IMG/VR virus record: IMGVR_UViG_3300029619_000014 | Coordinates: 1-42,979 of that record | Length of the DNA: 42,979 nucleotides | Source of the DNA: a virus | Direction: 5' to 3' (one strand) | In this document: one piece after another, positions 23,830 through 30,809 of the stretch | Position numbering within the stretch: position 1 is the stretch's first letter | Layout: each line of letters opens with the position of its first letter | Translations under genes and position numbers: made by a program | Notes under the pieces: model-generated | What the model was told of the DNA's origin: nothing | What the model saw: the letters and a program-made list of their open reading frames with translations, nothing else | Databases searched by the model: none

Positions 23830-23848
23830 AAAGAAGGAGGAAAACTAT

Positions 23849-24181
23849 ATGATTTACAAGGAGTACCAAAAACGCTACATCGGTAGCAGCGACATCGCAG
23901 CGCTCACTCTTGCTGGGATGTGCCCCGCAGATGAGCCGGGTGACTGCACTGGCTTAAAAGCATTCTTTCTCCACTTCGGCGAGGACGGGAGCTACGACGC
24001 GTACATCTGCGACGAAGCCGCAGAAATTGGTGAGCATTACACCCTCGAAGCGACCTTCACGCGCTGGCTGCGCGTATACGACGATCACGAGCTTGTCCGC
24101 AAGTTTTACGCGGACATTATCAAGGTTTACCGCGCCGGCGAGTATGGCTGTATTATTCAGCTTTTCGGCAGAGGAGACTGA
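23849..24181 (+). CDS. Small acidic protein (110 aa)
   Basis: AAGGAGGAAAACTAT before the ATG at 23849; the upstream extension in the track (23762) is not supported. Confidence 0.7.
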   Translation: MIYKEYQKRYIGSSDIAALTLAGMCPADEPGDCTGLKAFFLHFGEDGSYDAYICDEAAEIGEHYTLEATFTRWLRVYDDHELVRKFYADIIKVYRAGEYGCIIQLFGRGD

Positions 24182-24187
24182 CGCATC

Positions 24188-24523
24188 ATGACAAGTCAAC
24201 TCCGCCACACGCTCTATTCCGAGGCTCGCAACTACACCGACCCCGACGCCTACGTCTCCGCTCTCGCCCTGTCCTCTATGTGGGGCGACGCCGAGGGCGC
24301 CGACATCCCCGCCGAGCGCATCGCGCTCCTGCGCCGCATCTGGGATGACACCCATTGTACCGTCCGGGAGCTGATCGAGCGCTGCGGTCTGACGCAGAGC
24401 GCCTTTGCCCGACACTTTAACATCCCGCTCCGTACTGTACAGGGCTGGTGTCTTGGCGAGCGTGACTGCCCTCCGTACCTCATCACGATGGCAGCCGAGC
24501 TCCTGGCGCTGTATAGCGCATAA
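24188..24523 (+). CDS. HTH DNA-binding protein (111 aa), candidate autoregulator of the operon
   Basis: C-terminal half VRELIERCGLTQSAFARHFNIPLRTVQGWCLGER is a helix-turn-helix pattern. Confidence 0.72.
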   Translation: MTSQLRHTLYSEARNYTDPDAYVSALALSSMWGDAEGADIPAERIALLRRIWDDTHCTVRELIERCGLTQSAFARHFNIPLRTVQGWCLGERDCPPYLITMAAELLALYSA

Positions 24524-24539
24524 TGCGTTCGGTTTTCCC

Positions 24540-24568
24540 GCCCGCCCCATAAGGGACGGGCATTTTTA
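24540..24568 (+). terminator. Rho-independent terminator of the plus-strand operon
   Basis: GCCCGCCCC-ATAA-GGGACGGGC (one mismatch) followed by ATTTTTA. Confidence 0.55.
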
Positions 24569-24751
24569 TGCCCCTCGGAAGCTCTCCCGGACCTCCCCGC
24601 CGCGCGTCCGAAACGCCACAACGTGGAATCTCCCCGCCGGGTGCACATACGTCACCCGGCATCTTTGCGGCTTGTTTTTGATATTCGGCTTCTTGTTGTC
24701 GTCCTCGATCGTCTCCGGCGCTCTGCTCACGATGTCCCCGACCTTTAGCAT
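24566..24751 (-). CDS. Hypothetical protein (61 aa)
   Basis: ORF with GGAGGAGGA RBS. Confidence 0.5.
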   Translation of the reverse strand: MLKVGDIVSRAPETIEDDNKKPNIKNKPQRCRVTYVHPAGRFHVVAFRTRGGEVRESFRGA

Positions 24752-24978
24752 ACACGTTCCTCCTCCGTTTTCTCTAGTGCACCACTGTCTGGGATTTTCT
24801 CCCTACCGACCCGCTTGCCGTGCAGCCCGTTCGGCAGCTCCTCCAGCGGCAGCTCCCGCCTGCGCTTAAATTCTCCCGCATCAAAGCCGCAGCGCCGGCA
24901 CTCCGCCCCGTTGGGCGATACATACGCGCACCCGCCCTTCAAGCAGTTCCCGCGTGCCCGCTCTTCAATGCCGCCCAT
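24745..24978 (-). CDS. Hypothetical Cys-containing protein (77 aa)
   Basis: ORF with AGGAGGA RBS. Confidence 0.5.
   Translation of the reverse strand: MGGIEERARGNCLKGGCAYVSPNGAECRRCGFDAGEFKRRRELPLEELPNGLHGKRVGREKIPDSGALEKTEEERVC
24769..24781 (-). promoter_or_regulatory. Third copy of the motif GGTGCACTAGAGA
   Basis: Exact 13-nt match to 22058-70 and 42829-41. Here it is followed by an RBS and ATG rather than a clear -10 (TATGCT lies at the same 18-nt spacing but contains the ATG). Confidence 0.4.
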
Positions 24979-25291
24979 CTCGTCCTCCTGTAAAAGGCTT
25001 TTTCAGCCCCGGCTCTGTCCATTCCGCCGTTTCCTTCCCGATGTACTCGCAGTACGCACGTTCGATCTGCGCGCCCGCGCTGTCTCCGGCGTCCGGCAGA
25101 AAGATCACGCGGTCCGCCGCGTCGATCATCGCCATACAAATGCGTATATAGTCCGCAGCCGTCATCCCCTCCGGCAGCTCCGCCGGATTCAGTACGATGT
25201 TCCCACACATCCGCAACCCCGCCGCCGCCCTGCGGAATTTCGCCTGATACCCCTGATCGCCGGTGATCTTCCCGGCAATGTACACTTTCAT
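24965..25291 (-). CDS. Nucleoside 2-deoxyribosyltransferase-like / DUF4406-like protein (108 aa)
   Basis: N-terminus MKVYIAGKITGD... and ...DRVIFLPD...GAQIE pattern are typical of that fold family. Confidence 0.6.
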   Translation of the reverse strand: MKVYIAGKITGDQGYQAKFRRAAAGLRMCGNIVLNPAELPEGMTAADYIRICMAMIDAADRVIFLPDAGDSAGAQIERAYCEYIGKETAEWTEPGLKKPFTGGRDGRH

Positions 25292-25512
25292 TCCAATTTC
25301 ATCCTTTCATATCGCTTGCACGGTCCATCGTTCACACGTTCTCGCAGCTCCTCCGCCGAAAGCCGCTCGCCCTTTTCCAGCAGGCAGCGCCACGGGTAAA
25401 CGTAATTCTCGCGGTGCTCAATGTGCCTGCACGATAAACAGCACGGCGGCATCCTGATCTGCCCGCGCCCCCGGAGCGAATACATCCAGTTCTTCATTCG
25501 ATCCCCTTGCAT
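25288..25512 (-). CDS. Hypothetical Cys-rich protein (74 aa)
   Basis: ORF with GAAGGAGGAAAA RBS. Confidence 0.55.
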   Translation of the reverse strand: MQGDRMKNWMYSLRGRGQIRMPPCCLSCRHIEHRENYVYPWRCLLEKGERLSAEELRERVNDGPCKRYERMKLE

Positions 25513-25904
25513 TTTTCCTCCTTCACGGGCAGCAGCACCCGCAAAAACGTCCTGTATTCCATCACATCCCGCAGCGGATCATAGGATTCCTTGATCTCAA
25601 TCAAATTGCGGATCTCCTCGGCATAAAACTGATACGCCGCCTGCCTTGATACCATCTGCCACGCCGCTGCGCCCTTTAAATTTGCAAGCTCCTCTCTTGT
25701 GAGGTGGAAATCTCTGTTCAGCGTGACTACTTCTCTGTGCTCTGTGCTGCGCTTTGTGCAGGCATTGTTCCACTGCTCCCGTATCTCCTCGTTTTCCTTT
25801 TCCGCTTCTCTCCTTCGCCTGTCGCAACCCCCGCGCACCACCCATCCGATCACACCGCACACCAGCAGCGTGAGCATAAAAATCACCCAATGCATTTCAA
25901 TCAT
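25494..25904 (-). CDS. Membrane-anchored hypothetical protein (136 aa from MIEMHWVIF...)
   Basis: GGAGGG 8 nt before the ATG at 25904; N-terminal TM segment. Confidence 0.55.
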   Translation of the reverse strand: MIEMHWVIFMLTLLVCGVIGWVVRGGCDRRRREAEKENEEIREQWNNACTKRSTEHREVVTLNRDFHLTREELANLKGAAAWQMVSRQAAYQFYAEEIRNLIEIKESYDPLRDVMEYRTFLRVLLPVKEEKCKGIE

Positions 25905-25906
25905 GC

Positions 25907-26032
25907 TTATGTCCCTCCATCGCCCGCTCTCCAACAGGTAGTACATATCCCATCACATTCATTTTCCCTCAGCTCTACGCAAGCCAGATAAGCCTCGCCG
26001 TCATCAATTCGCTTTTTTGTCAGTCGTTCCAT
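25907..26032 (-). CDS. 41-aa Cys-containing micro-protein ([41 protein letters not shown])
   Basis: Hand-translated; fills the gap between neighbouring genes; below the track's length cut-off. Confidence 0.35.
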   Translation of the reverse strand: MERLTKKRIDDGEAYLACVELRENECDGICTTCWRAGDGGT

Positions 26033-26388
26033 TCGTCATCCTCCTCCGGCAAGGGCGGTAGCTCCGCCCAAAACGTGCCCAGCAAGTCCTTCGGGCGTAT
26101 AACCTCCGCCTTCGTATGCGCTTCGTTCGGCACAACCCAGACGCCGTCCGTCGCATAAAACGCCTTGTAAATGCGCCCGTCTGCCAAAAGTGCCACACAC
26201 CGCCCGTCCTGCGGTACTCCCTCGCTGTCGGGTGTCCAGTGCTTTTCCTGCAATTTCTTTTGCAGCTTTCCGATCATCGCCCGCATCGTTTCATTGCCGA
26301 CTGCCAGGTGTTCGATCAAATTCGCCGCCGCGAAAAATTCCTCGCTCCCGCTGCTCCGCAGTGCCTTTACAATCTCTTTTTCAGTCAT
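26020..26388 (-). CDS. Hypothetical protein (122 aa, [14 protein letters not shown]...)
   Basis: The ATG at 26388 overlaps the dcm stop (ATGA). Confidence 0.62.
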   Translation of the reverse strand: MTEKEIVKALRSSGSEEFFAAANLIEHLAVGNETMRAMIGKLQKKLQEKHWTPDSEGVPQDGRCVALLADGRIYKAFYATDGVWVVPNEAHTKAEVIRPKDLLGTFWAELPPLPEEDDEWND

Positions 26389-27335
26389 AGGGTTTCTTCC
26401 TCCATTTCTTCCCGCAGCGCCCGGAATATCGGATACGCCTGCTGCGGCACTACCGCATTTCCGAGGCATTTAAGTCTGTCCACCCGATAGGGAATCCCAT
26501 GAGCCACTCGACCCACGTCGGGTTCAGTTGCCCAGCAACGTCCGTCCGCAAGCTCCTGTGATTGTTCCCGCCGTGCGACCCCTGTGCATCTTCCGCGCAC
26601 GGTGTCGTAAACAATTTTTTCATCGCCACGGCCTGCGTCAGATTGCATTTCCCCGGATTTTTCATTCTGCTCGGCGGCACAGACTGCAGCCTGTCCTTGT
26701 ACTCGTTCGCCCGCGGTGTCTGCCATAGTCCACTCCGAATCAGTACCTGCGCCCCAAGATGCGTGCTTTTCTCCGGCGGTCTTCCGCGCGTCACCGCAGT
26801 CATGCCGCACTGCCCCGCCGTCGGCGTCGGCCACATCCGCGATTCCGACGAAGAATACTCTCGATCTACGGTGCCAAGCTCCGACAGCCGCAGCTTCAAA
26901 ATTAAACACGACGACGTGATAGCCAGCACGCTCCAGATCCTTGACCACCTGCCCGGCGGCAATCTTGATGATTCCAGGTACGTTCTCACCAACAACGAAA
27001 TGCGGGCGCAGTTCGTCGATAACTCGCAGCATCTCCGGCCAGAGGTAACGAGCGTCTTCTTTTCCCTTTTGCTTTCCAGCCACGGAAAAGGGCTGGCAGG
27101 GGAATCCGCCGGAAATAACGTCAACTGTTCGTAGTCCTGTCCGCTCATAAAAACTCTCCTTCGTCAGCGTCTGGACGTCGCGCCAGCGCGGCACGTCCGG
27201 CCAGTGCTTCTCCAGCACCTTTGTAGGGTAGTCGGCAAACTCGCACTGCCCGACGGTCGTAAAGCCCGCCCACTCGGCAGCCAGATCAAGCCCGCCGATC
27301 CCGGAAAACAGGCTCAGATGGGTAAGCTCCCTCAC
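26385..27335 (-). CDS. dcm: DNA (cytosine-5) methyltransferase, frame A (316 aa; GTG start)
   Basis: Motif I LFSGIGG, motif [11 protein letters not shown], motif VI VGENV, motif [15 protein letters not shown]-terminal motif X LGNAVVPQ. The central ~130 codons are A/D/G/R-rich and lack a recognisable TRD or motif IX. Confidence 0.85.
   Translation of the reverse strand: MRELTHLSLFSGIGGLDLAAEWAGFTTVGQCEFADYPTKVLEKHWPDVPRWRDVQTLTKESFYERTGLRTVDVISGGFPCQPFSVAGKQKGKEDARYLWPEMLRVIDELRPHFVVGENVPGIIKIAAGQVVKDLERAGYHVVVFNFEAAAVGAWHRRSRVFFVGIADVADADGGAVRHDCGDARKTAGEKHASWGAGTDSEWTMADTAGERVQGQAAVCAAEQNEKSGEMQSDAGRGDEKIVYDTVRGRCTGVARREQSQELADGRCWATEPDVGRVAHGIPYRVDRLKCLGNAVVPQQAYPIFRALREEMEEETL
26450..27148 (-). 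CDS. Nested ORF in a second frame of dcm (232 aa) carrying WPTP/WQTP repeats and a motif-IX-like [11 protein letters not shown]
   Basis: AAGGAGAGTTTTT-ATG (own SD) at 27148. Product ...MWPTPTAGQ...LWQTPRANE...[14 protein letters not shown]...[21 protein letters not shown] looks like the missing TRD/motif IX region of the methyltransferase. Confidence 0.5.
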   Translation of the reverse strand: MSGQDYEQLTLFPADSPASPFPWLESKREKKTLVTSGRRCCELSTNCARISLLVRTYLESSRLPPGRWSRIWSVLAITSSCLILKLRLSELGTVDREYSSSESRMWPTPTAGQCGMTAVTRGRPPEKSTHLGAQVLIRSGLWQTPRANEYKDRLQSVPPSRMKNPGKCNLTQAVAMKKLFTTPCAEDAQGSHGGNNHRSLRTDVAGQLNPTWVEWLMGFPIGWTDLNASEMR

Positions 27336-27535
27336 CGTATCTGCCCCTCCTTCCGCATTTTATCCCGCTCCCGCACCCGCCGCTCCTGCGCGGGCGTCGT
27401 GCCGGTGTTGTTGCTGTGCACCGCATTGCGCGCATATTCCGCCATCTTCTGCTCCGCGTATTCCAGATACGGCTTGCAGTCAAGCCGGCACGTCTCGCTG
27501 CGCCTCTCGCAGCTCTTCTTGCATGGGCATTTCAT
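27332..27535 (-). CDS. Small Cys-rich protein (67 aa, [23 protein letters not shown]...)
   Basis: GGGAGGGA RBS before the ATG at 27535. Confidence 0.55.
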   Translation of the reverse strand: MKCPCKKSCERRSETCRLDCKPYLEYAEQKMAEYARNAVHSNNTGTTPAQERRVRERDKMRKEGQIR

Positions 27536-27680
27536 CGTCCGTTCCCTCCCAATATAGGCACACCGGGATGCTCTCCCGGTGCTCCGCCGCCAGATGGCAG
27601 AATGCCCCGACGCCGCGCTGCGCGCAGTTGCGGCAGCCGTCATACCCGTCCGGCACGAGCCACCCGTTCACGTCCTTCAT
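27480..27680 (-). CDS. Hypothetical protein (66 aa, MKDVNGWLVPDGYDGCRNC...)
   Basis: The ATG overlaps the upstream TGA. Confidence 0.45.
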   Translation of the reverse strand: MKDVNGWLVPDGYDGCRNCAQRGVGAFCHLAAEHRESIPVCLYWEGTDDEMPMQEELREAQRDVPA

Positions 27681-27916
27681 GCTCTGCACCGCCTCGCCGT
27701 GCACGCGCCGTAGCTGTCTACCCTGCGCCAGTCCAGTCCCCAGTGCTCCAGCGCCGCCTTGATCGCCGCCTGCGGGCTGGGGGCGCGAACGCGCAGGACT
27801 GTGCTCCCGCGCGTCACCCACCATTCTGCCTTGCCCTTGTACTCCCCGGCACAAACAGTGTTCTCCTGCCGGCGGAAGCCGCCCGCCTGATACCCGACGA
27901 TCATTCTGTCCACCAT
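27677..27916 (-). CDS. Hypothetical protein (79 aa)
   Basis: GGGAGG RBS before the ATG at 27916; the longer form in the track (to 28195) overlaps the 3D gene and looks spurious. Confidence 0.5.
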   Translation of the reverse strand: MVDRMIVGYQAGGFRRQENTVCAGEYKGKAEWWVTRGSTVLRVRAPSPQAAIKAALEHWGLDWRRVDSYGACTARRCRA

Positions 27917-28536
27917 ACCGTCGCCTCCCGCACGCCCAGCTTCAGAGCCTCCTCGTGCGTCTGCACGGCAAGGTCGATGTGCCCGCCCAGCACGGCGCTG
28001 CCCGTGTCCTCTGCAATGTAGCTGTGCAGCACGCCGTCGCCGTAGTCCACAAAAATCTCCGCCCCCAGCGGGATCACGTTGGGATCGACTGCCGCCGACC
28101 GCCCCGCCGTCACGTCTGTGCCCGTCGCGGTCTTGCCCGTCCCGCCGCCGCAGATGTGCGGACGCTTTTCGCAGCAGTAGTATGTAACCGTGCACTCCCG
28201 GAGCACGCCATCGAACCCGCGCAGCTCGTCCAGATCGTTCCGCCCCGTCTCCGGGTATTCATTTTCCAGCAGCACGATCTCATACTCCAGCTCCCGCGCG
28301 CCCCTGCCCGCTCCTGTAGGGGCGGACGCCTCTGTCCGCCCGTCGGCTTCCCCCTTGAGGGGGAAGCTGTCAGCCGTAGGCTGACTGATGAGGGTGGAGT
28401 TCTCTTCTCTGATCTGCTTCGCGTTTGCCGCCGCCCGCGCCGTCCCCAGCACCAGCAGCTCAAGCACCGCCAGCGCCAGCACCACCATCAGCACAAACTC
28501 GCCGACCACCCGCAGCGTCTCACGTCTCTTTCCCAT
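27901..28536 (-). CDS. Membrane-anchored 3D-domain (MltA/RlpA-like double-psi beta-barrel) cell-wall protein (211 aa)
   Basis: N-terminal TM VVGEFVLMVVLALAVLELLVLG; C-terminal ...TATGTDVTAGRSAAVDPNVIPLGAEIFVDYGDGVLHSYIAEDTGSAVLGGHIDL is the 3D-domain pattern; AAGGAGA RBS. Confidence 0.75.
   Translation of the reverse strand: MGKRRETLRVVGEFVLMVVLALAVLELLVLGTARAAANAKQIREENSTLISQPTADSFPLKGEADGRTEASAPTGAGRGARELEYEIVLLENEYPETGRNDLDELRGFDGVLRECTVTYYCCEKRPHICGGGTGKTATGTDVTAGRSAAVDPNVIPLGAEIFVDYGDGVLHSYIAEDTGSAVLGGHIDLAVQTHEEALKLGVREATVWWTE
28347..28399 (+). repeat. Two-hairpin element, copy E (in frame in the linker of the 3D-domain protein)
   Basis: CTTCCCCC-TTGA-GGGGGAAG (28347-28366), GTCAGCC-GTA-GGCTGAC (28369-28385), tail TGATGAGGGTGGAG; encodes LISQPTADSFPLKGEADG. 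Confidence 0.85.
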
Positions 28537-28547
28537 CGTTCTCTCCT

Positions 28548-29075
28548 TTACTCCACGATCGCCAGCAGCAGCCTCCGCAGCTTGTCTGTCCCCGTCTCCG
28601 GCGCGATCAGCCCCACCAGCATAAACCCCGCCTTCGCCGCGATCAGCTCCCGGCATCCCGCCGGAGCGCGCAGCGTCAGCTCCACGTTTTCATATTCCGC
28701 AAGGATCGGCGCGAGCAGCGCCCTGTCTGCCCAGCGTACCCCGACGCCCGGCACGACCAGCGGCATCAGCTCCCGACCCATGTAGTTCACGCTCACGCTC
28801 TTCCGCACAGCAGCTTTTTCTCCGTCTGCCGTGTCCAAAAAGCAGATAGAGGGCGGCGCTTCCCGCTCCCGAATGCGCATGGCGTCCTTCTGCTTGTCGT
28901 TCAGCTCCAGCAGGCTCGGCAGATTCTCCGCCCGCAAATGCGGCAGCCCCTCCACCGGGTACAGTGCCCGCCCGTCCGTGATCCACTGCTGCACGCACCC
29001 GGCGCGATCCGTGTAGTTCACCAGCTCTGCCCAGCCCTCCTGCTTGCAGAGCTGCGCGATCTTCTTGATCTTCAT
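28548..29075 (-). CDS. Hypothetical protein (175 aa, MKIKKIAQLCKQEGW...)
   Basis: The ATG at 29075 overlaps the upstream stop (ATGA); the 320-aa form in the track has a non-protein-like N-terminus. Confidence 0.62.
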   Translation of the reverse strand: MKIKKIAQLCKQEGWAELVNYTDRAGCVQQWITDGRALYPVEGLPHLRAENLPSLLELNDKQKDAMRIREREAPPSICFLDTADGEKAAVRKSVSVNYMGRELMPLVVPGVGVRWADRALLAPILAEYENVELTLRAPAGCRELIAAKAGFMLVGLIAPETGTDKLRRLLLAIVE

Positions 29076-29353
29076 TCCTCTCCGCGCTCCTTCCGCAGTG
29101 CCCCGATGTCGATCGCCACCGCCTGCGAAGCCCCCACGATCCGATCCGCGATCTCGCACCCCTTCTCCCCGATCACCGGGCGCATCGCCTGCGCGATCAT
29201 CTGCATCGCCGCCACAAGGATCGGCAGATCGTCCCACATCGTCGCGTTGACCATCGCATTCAAAAATACTCCATAGTGCGCAAGCCCCGCCTGCATCGCT
29301 TTGGTGGCTGCTTCGCGATCCTGCGCCTTGCAAATTCTCTCCGCGTAACTCAT
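29072..29353 (-). CDS. Hypothetical protein (93 aa, MSYAERICKAQ...)
   Basis: AAAGGAGAAATCAAG before the ATG at 29353. Confidence 0.58.
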   Translation of the reverse strand: MSYAERICKAQDREAATKAMQAGLAHYGVFLNAMVNATMWDDLPILVAAMQMIAQAMRPVIGEKGCEIADRIVGASQAVAIDIGALRKERGEE

Positions 29354-29367
29354 CTTGATTTCTCCTT

Positions 29368-29607
29368 TCACCACGGGTAGCTGATCGCATCCCGTACACT
29401 TTCAATGGGTACAGACAGATTCCGCAGCAGCCGCAGCGCCTTGTCCATGTACGCCGTCGGCTTGTCGAATACGCGGTAAAGCGTCTGCTGGCAGCACCCG
29501 GCGTATTCACACGCCTTGCTGATCGGCACGTTCTGCGCCGCGATCTCCCCGCGTATCATGCACCGCAGCTTGTAGTCCGTCCCGCGCTCCACGCGCTGCT
29601 TCGGCAT
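29368..29607 (-). CDS. Small putative DNA-binding protein (79 aa)
   Basis: ORF with GGGGGGAGAG RBS; HTH-like ISKACEYAGCCQQTLYRV. Confidence 0.55.
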   Translation of the reverse strand: MPKQRVERGTDYKLRCMIRGEIAAQNVPISKACEYAGCCQQTLYRVFDKPTAYMDKALRLLRNLSVPIESVRDAISYPW

Positions 29608-29623
29608 TTCCGTCTCTCCCCCC

Positions 29624-30061
29624 TCACCAATTCACACACAATTCAAAGTCCGTGACCTCGAACCCATCCGCACCATCCCCGGCTTCCCGCCCATAGGCTC
29701 CCCTTGGTGACCAAGTGGAGCTGGCGCTGGAAGCGCCTGATGGGATCAGAGCCTCCCCGCTTGCAGCCGCTTCCGCGTTCGCACCCTCGTCCAGATAGTT
29801 CCTCCCGAACTCCCGCACAAAGTCCGCAGTGCTCCATCCCATCCTCTCCATCGCCATCCGCTGCCCGTATTCGTGCAGCGCCTGCGCCGTTTCGCGGCAG
29901 CGGTGTGCCGCCCGCTTACCGCTGATGTGGCAGCTCCCGTGGCAAAGATCCACCACCAGCCCGAGCTGCTCGCTCTTTCGCCGGTTCGCCCCGCCGAAAA
30001 TGTGGTGACGGTCCAAAGGCTCATCCGCCCCGTTCTTCCCGCATAGCCAGCACGTCCGCAT
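29624..30061 (-). CDS. HNH-like zinc-finger nuclease-type protein (145 aa)
   Basis: CWLCGK...LDRHHIFGGANRRKSE...LCHGSCH pattern. Confidence 0.6.
   Translation of the reverse strand: MRTCWLCGKNGADEPLDRHHIFGGANRRKSEQLGLVVDLCHGSCHISGKRAAHRCRETAQALHEYGQRMAMERMGWSTADFVREFGRNYLDEGANAEAAASGEALIPSGASSASSTWSPRGAYGREAGDGADGFEVTDFELCVNW
29698..29758 (+). repeat. Two-hairpin element, copy C (in frame near the C-terminus of the HNH-like protein)
   Basis: CTCCCCTTGG-TGA-CCAAGTGGAG (29698-29720), GGCGC-TGGAA-GCGCC (29723-29737), tail TGATGGGATCAGAGCCTCCCC; encodes EALIPSGASSASSTWSPRGAYG. Confidence 0.85.
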
Positions 30062-30066
30062 TCATC

Positions 30067-30198
30067 TCACTCCTTCTTCTCGCCCGCCATGGCGACCATG
30101 CCCTGCGCAAAGATCAAAACCTTCTCCCGCGCGTCCTTCGGCAGCTTCTCCAGCTCCCGCGTCAGGCTCTCCGCCTGCTTCTTCTGTTCCTCCGACAT
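30067..30198 (-). CDS. 43-aa first gene of the early leftward operon (MSEEQKKQAESLTRELEKLPKDAREKVLIFAQGMVAMAGEKKE)
   Basis: GAGGTGAAAGAA RBS, hand-translated, stop adjacent to the next ATG; below the track cut-off. Confidence 0.45.
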   Translation of the reverse strand: MSEEQKKQAESLTRELEKLPKDAREKVLIFAQGMVAMAGEKKE

Positions 30199-30272
30199 TT
30201 CTTTCACCTCGCTTGTTTCGTTCCCCGCTTTGTGCTATTCTGTAAATATCAATCTCGAAAGGAGTTTCCCCC

Positions 30273-30647
30273 ATGCCCGTTTGGATCACGCCCGCCCTGA
30301 ACGTGCTCGGCGTTCTCGTGTCCGCTTTCTTGTCCTATCGCATTGCTAGAAATACCGCATCCGCAGAACTCAAAAAGCTGGAGCTTACCTGGCAGCACGA
30401 AAAAGAAGCCCTTCTGGATTCCACCTACGATAAGATGGTTTCCGCCGTCACGGTTTATATCGCGCGCCCGTTTCTTGAGTTTCTAGAGACTGCCTGTAAC
30501 GCCGTCGGCGCTTACCGGGCGCACGCCCCCGCCGAAATGGCGGATTCTGTAGACGCTCTGAGTGAGTGCCTGACGCGCCGGGACGTACCGGCAGTTTCAG
30601 CCGCCCTTTCGCATCTACTGGAAATACGCCGTAAATGCAACCGTTGA
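30273..30647 (+). CDS. Membrane-anchored hypothetical protein (124 aa)
   Basis: AAAGGAG RBS; N-terminal TM; divergent from the early operon. Confidence 0.6.
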   Translation: MPVWITPALNVLGVLVSAFLSYRIARNTASAELKKLELTWQHEKEALLDSTYDKMVSAVTVYIARPFLEFLETACNAVGAYRAHAPAEMADSVDALSECLTRRDVPAVSAALSHLLEIRRKCNR

Positions 30648-30809
30648 GAGCGCCCCAGCCAGCAGCATCAAAAGATTCCCGCTCTGGCATTTGACCCGCT
30701 CCCAGATGTTCCCCTCGCCGTGCAGGATCGACGTTATGATGACCACCGCTCCGTTCGCCAGCACAGCCATCGCGCCGCCTGCAAGAACGCTCGTTATTTT
30801 GATCGTCAC
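30615..30809 (-). CDS. Small two-TM hydrophobic protein (64 aa, GTG start)
   Basis: GGAGAGG RBS; two hydrophobic segments. Confidence 0.42.
   Translation of the reverse strand: MTIKITSVLAGGAMAVLANGAVVIITSILHGEGNIWERVKCQSGNLLMLLAGALSTVAFTAYFQ

Noticed and set aside
26455-26475. Canonical -1 slippery heptamer for switching from the nested frame back to the dcm frame
   Set aside because: The only candidate at the junction is C-TTA-AAT, which does not fit X-XXY-YYZ. I see no downstream pseudoknot. Frameshifting is therefore left as one hypothesis among several.
7909-29758. CRISPR array formed by the seven repeats
   Set aside because: The copies are kilobases apart, irregularly spaced, diverged and mostly inside genes. 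There is no repeat-spacer periodicity.
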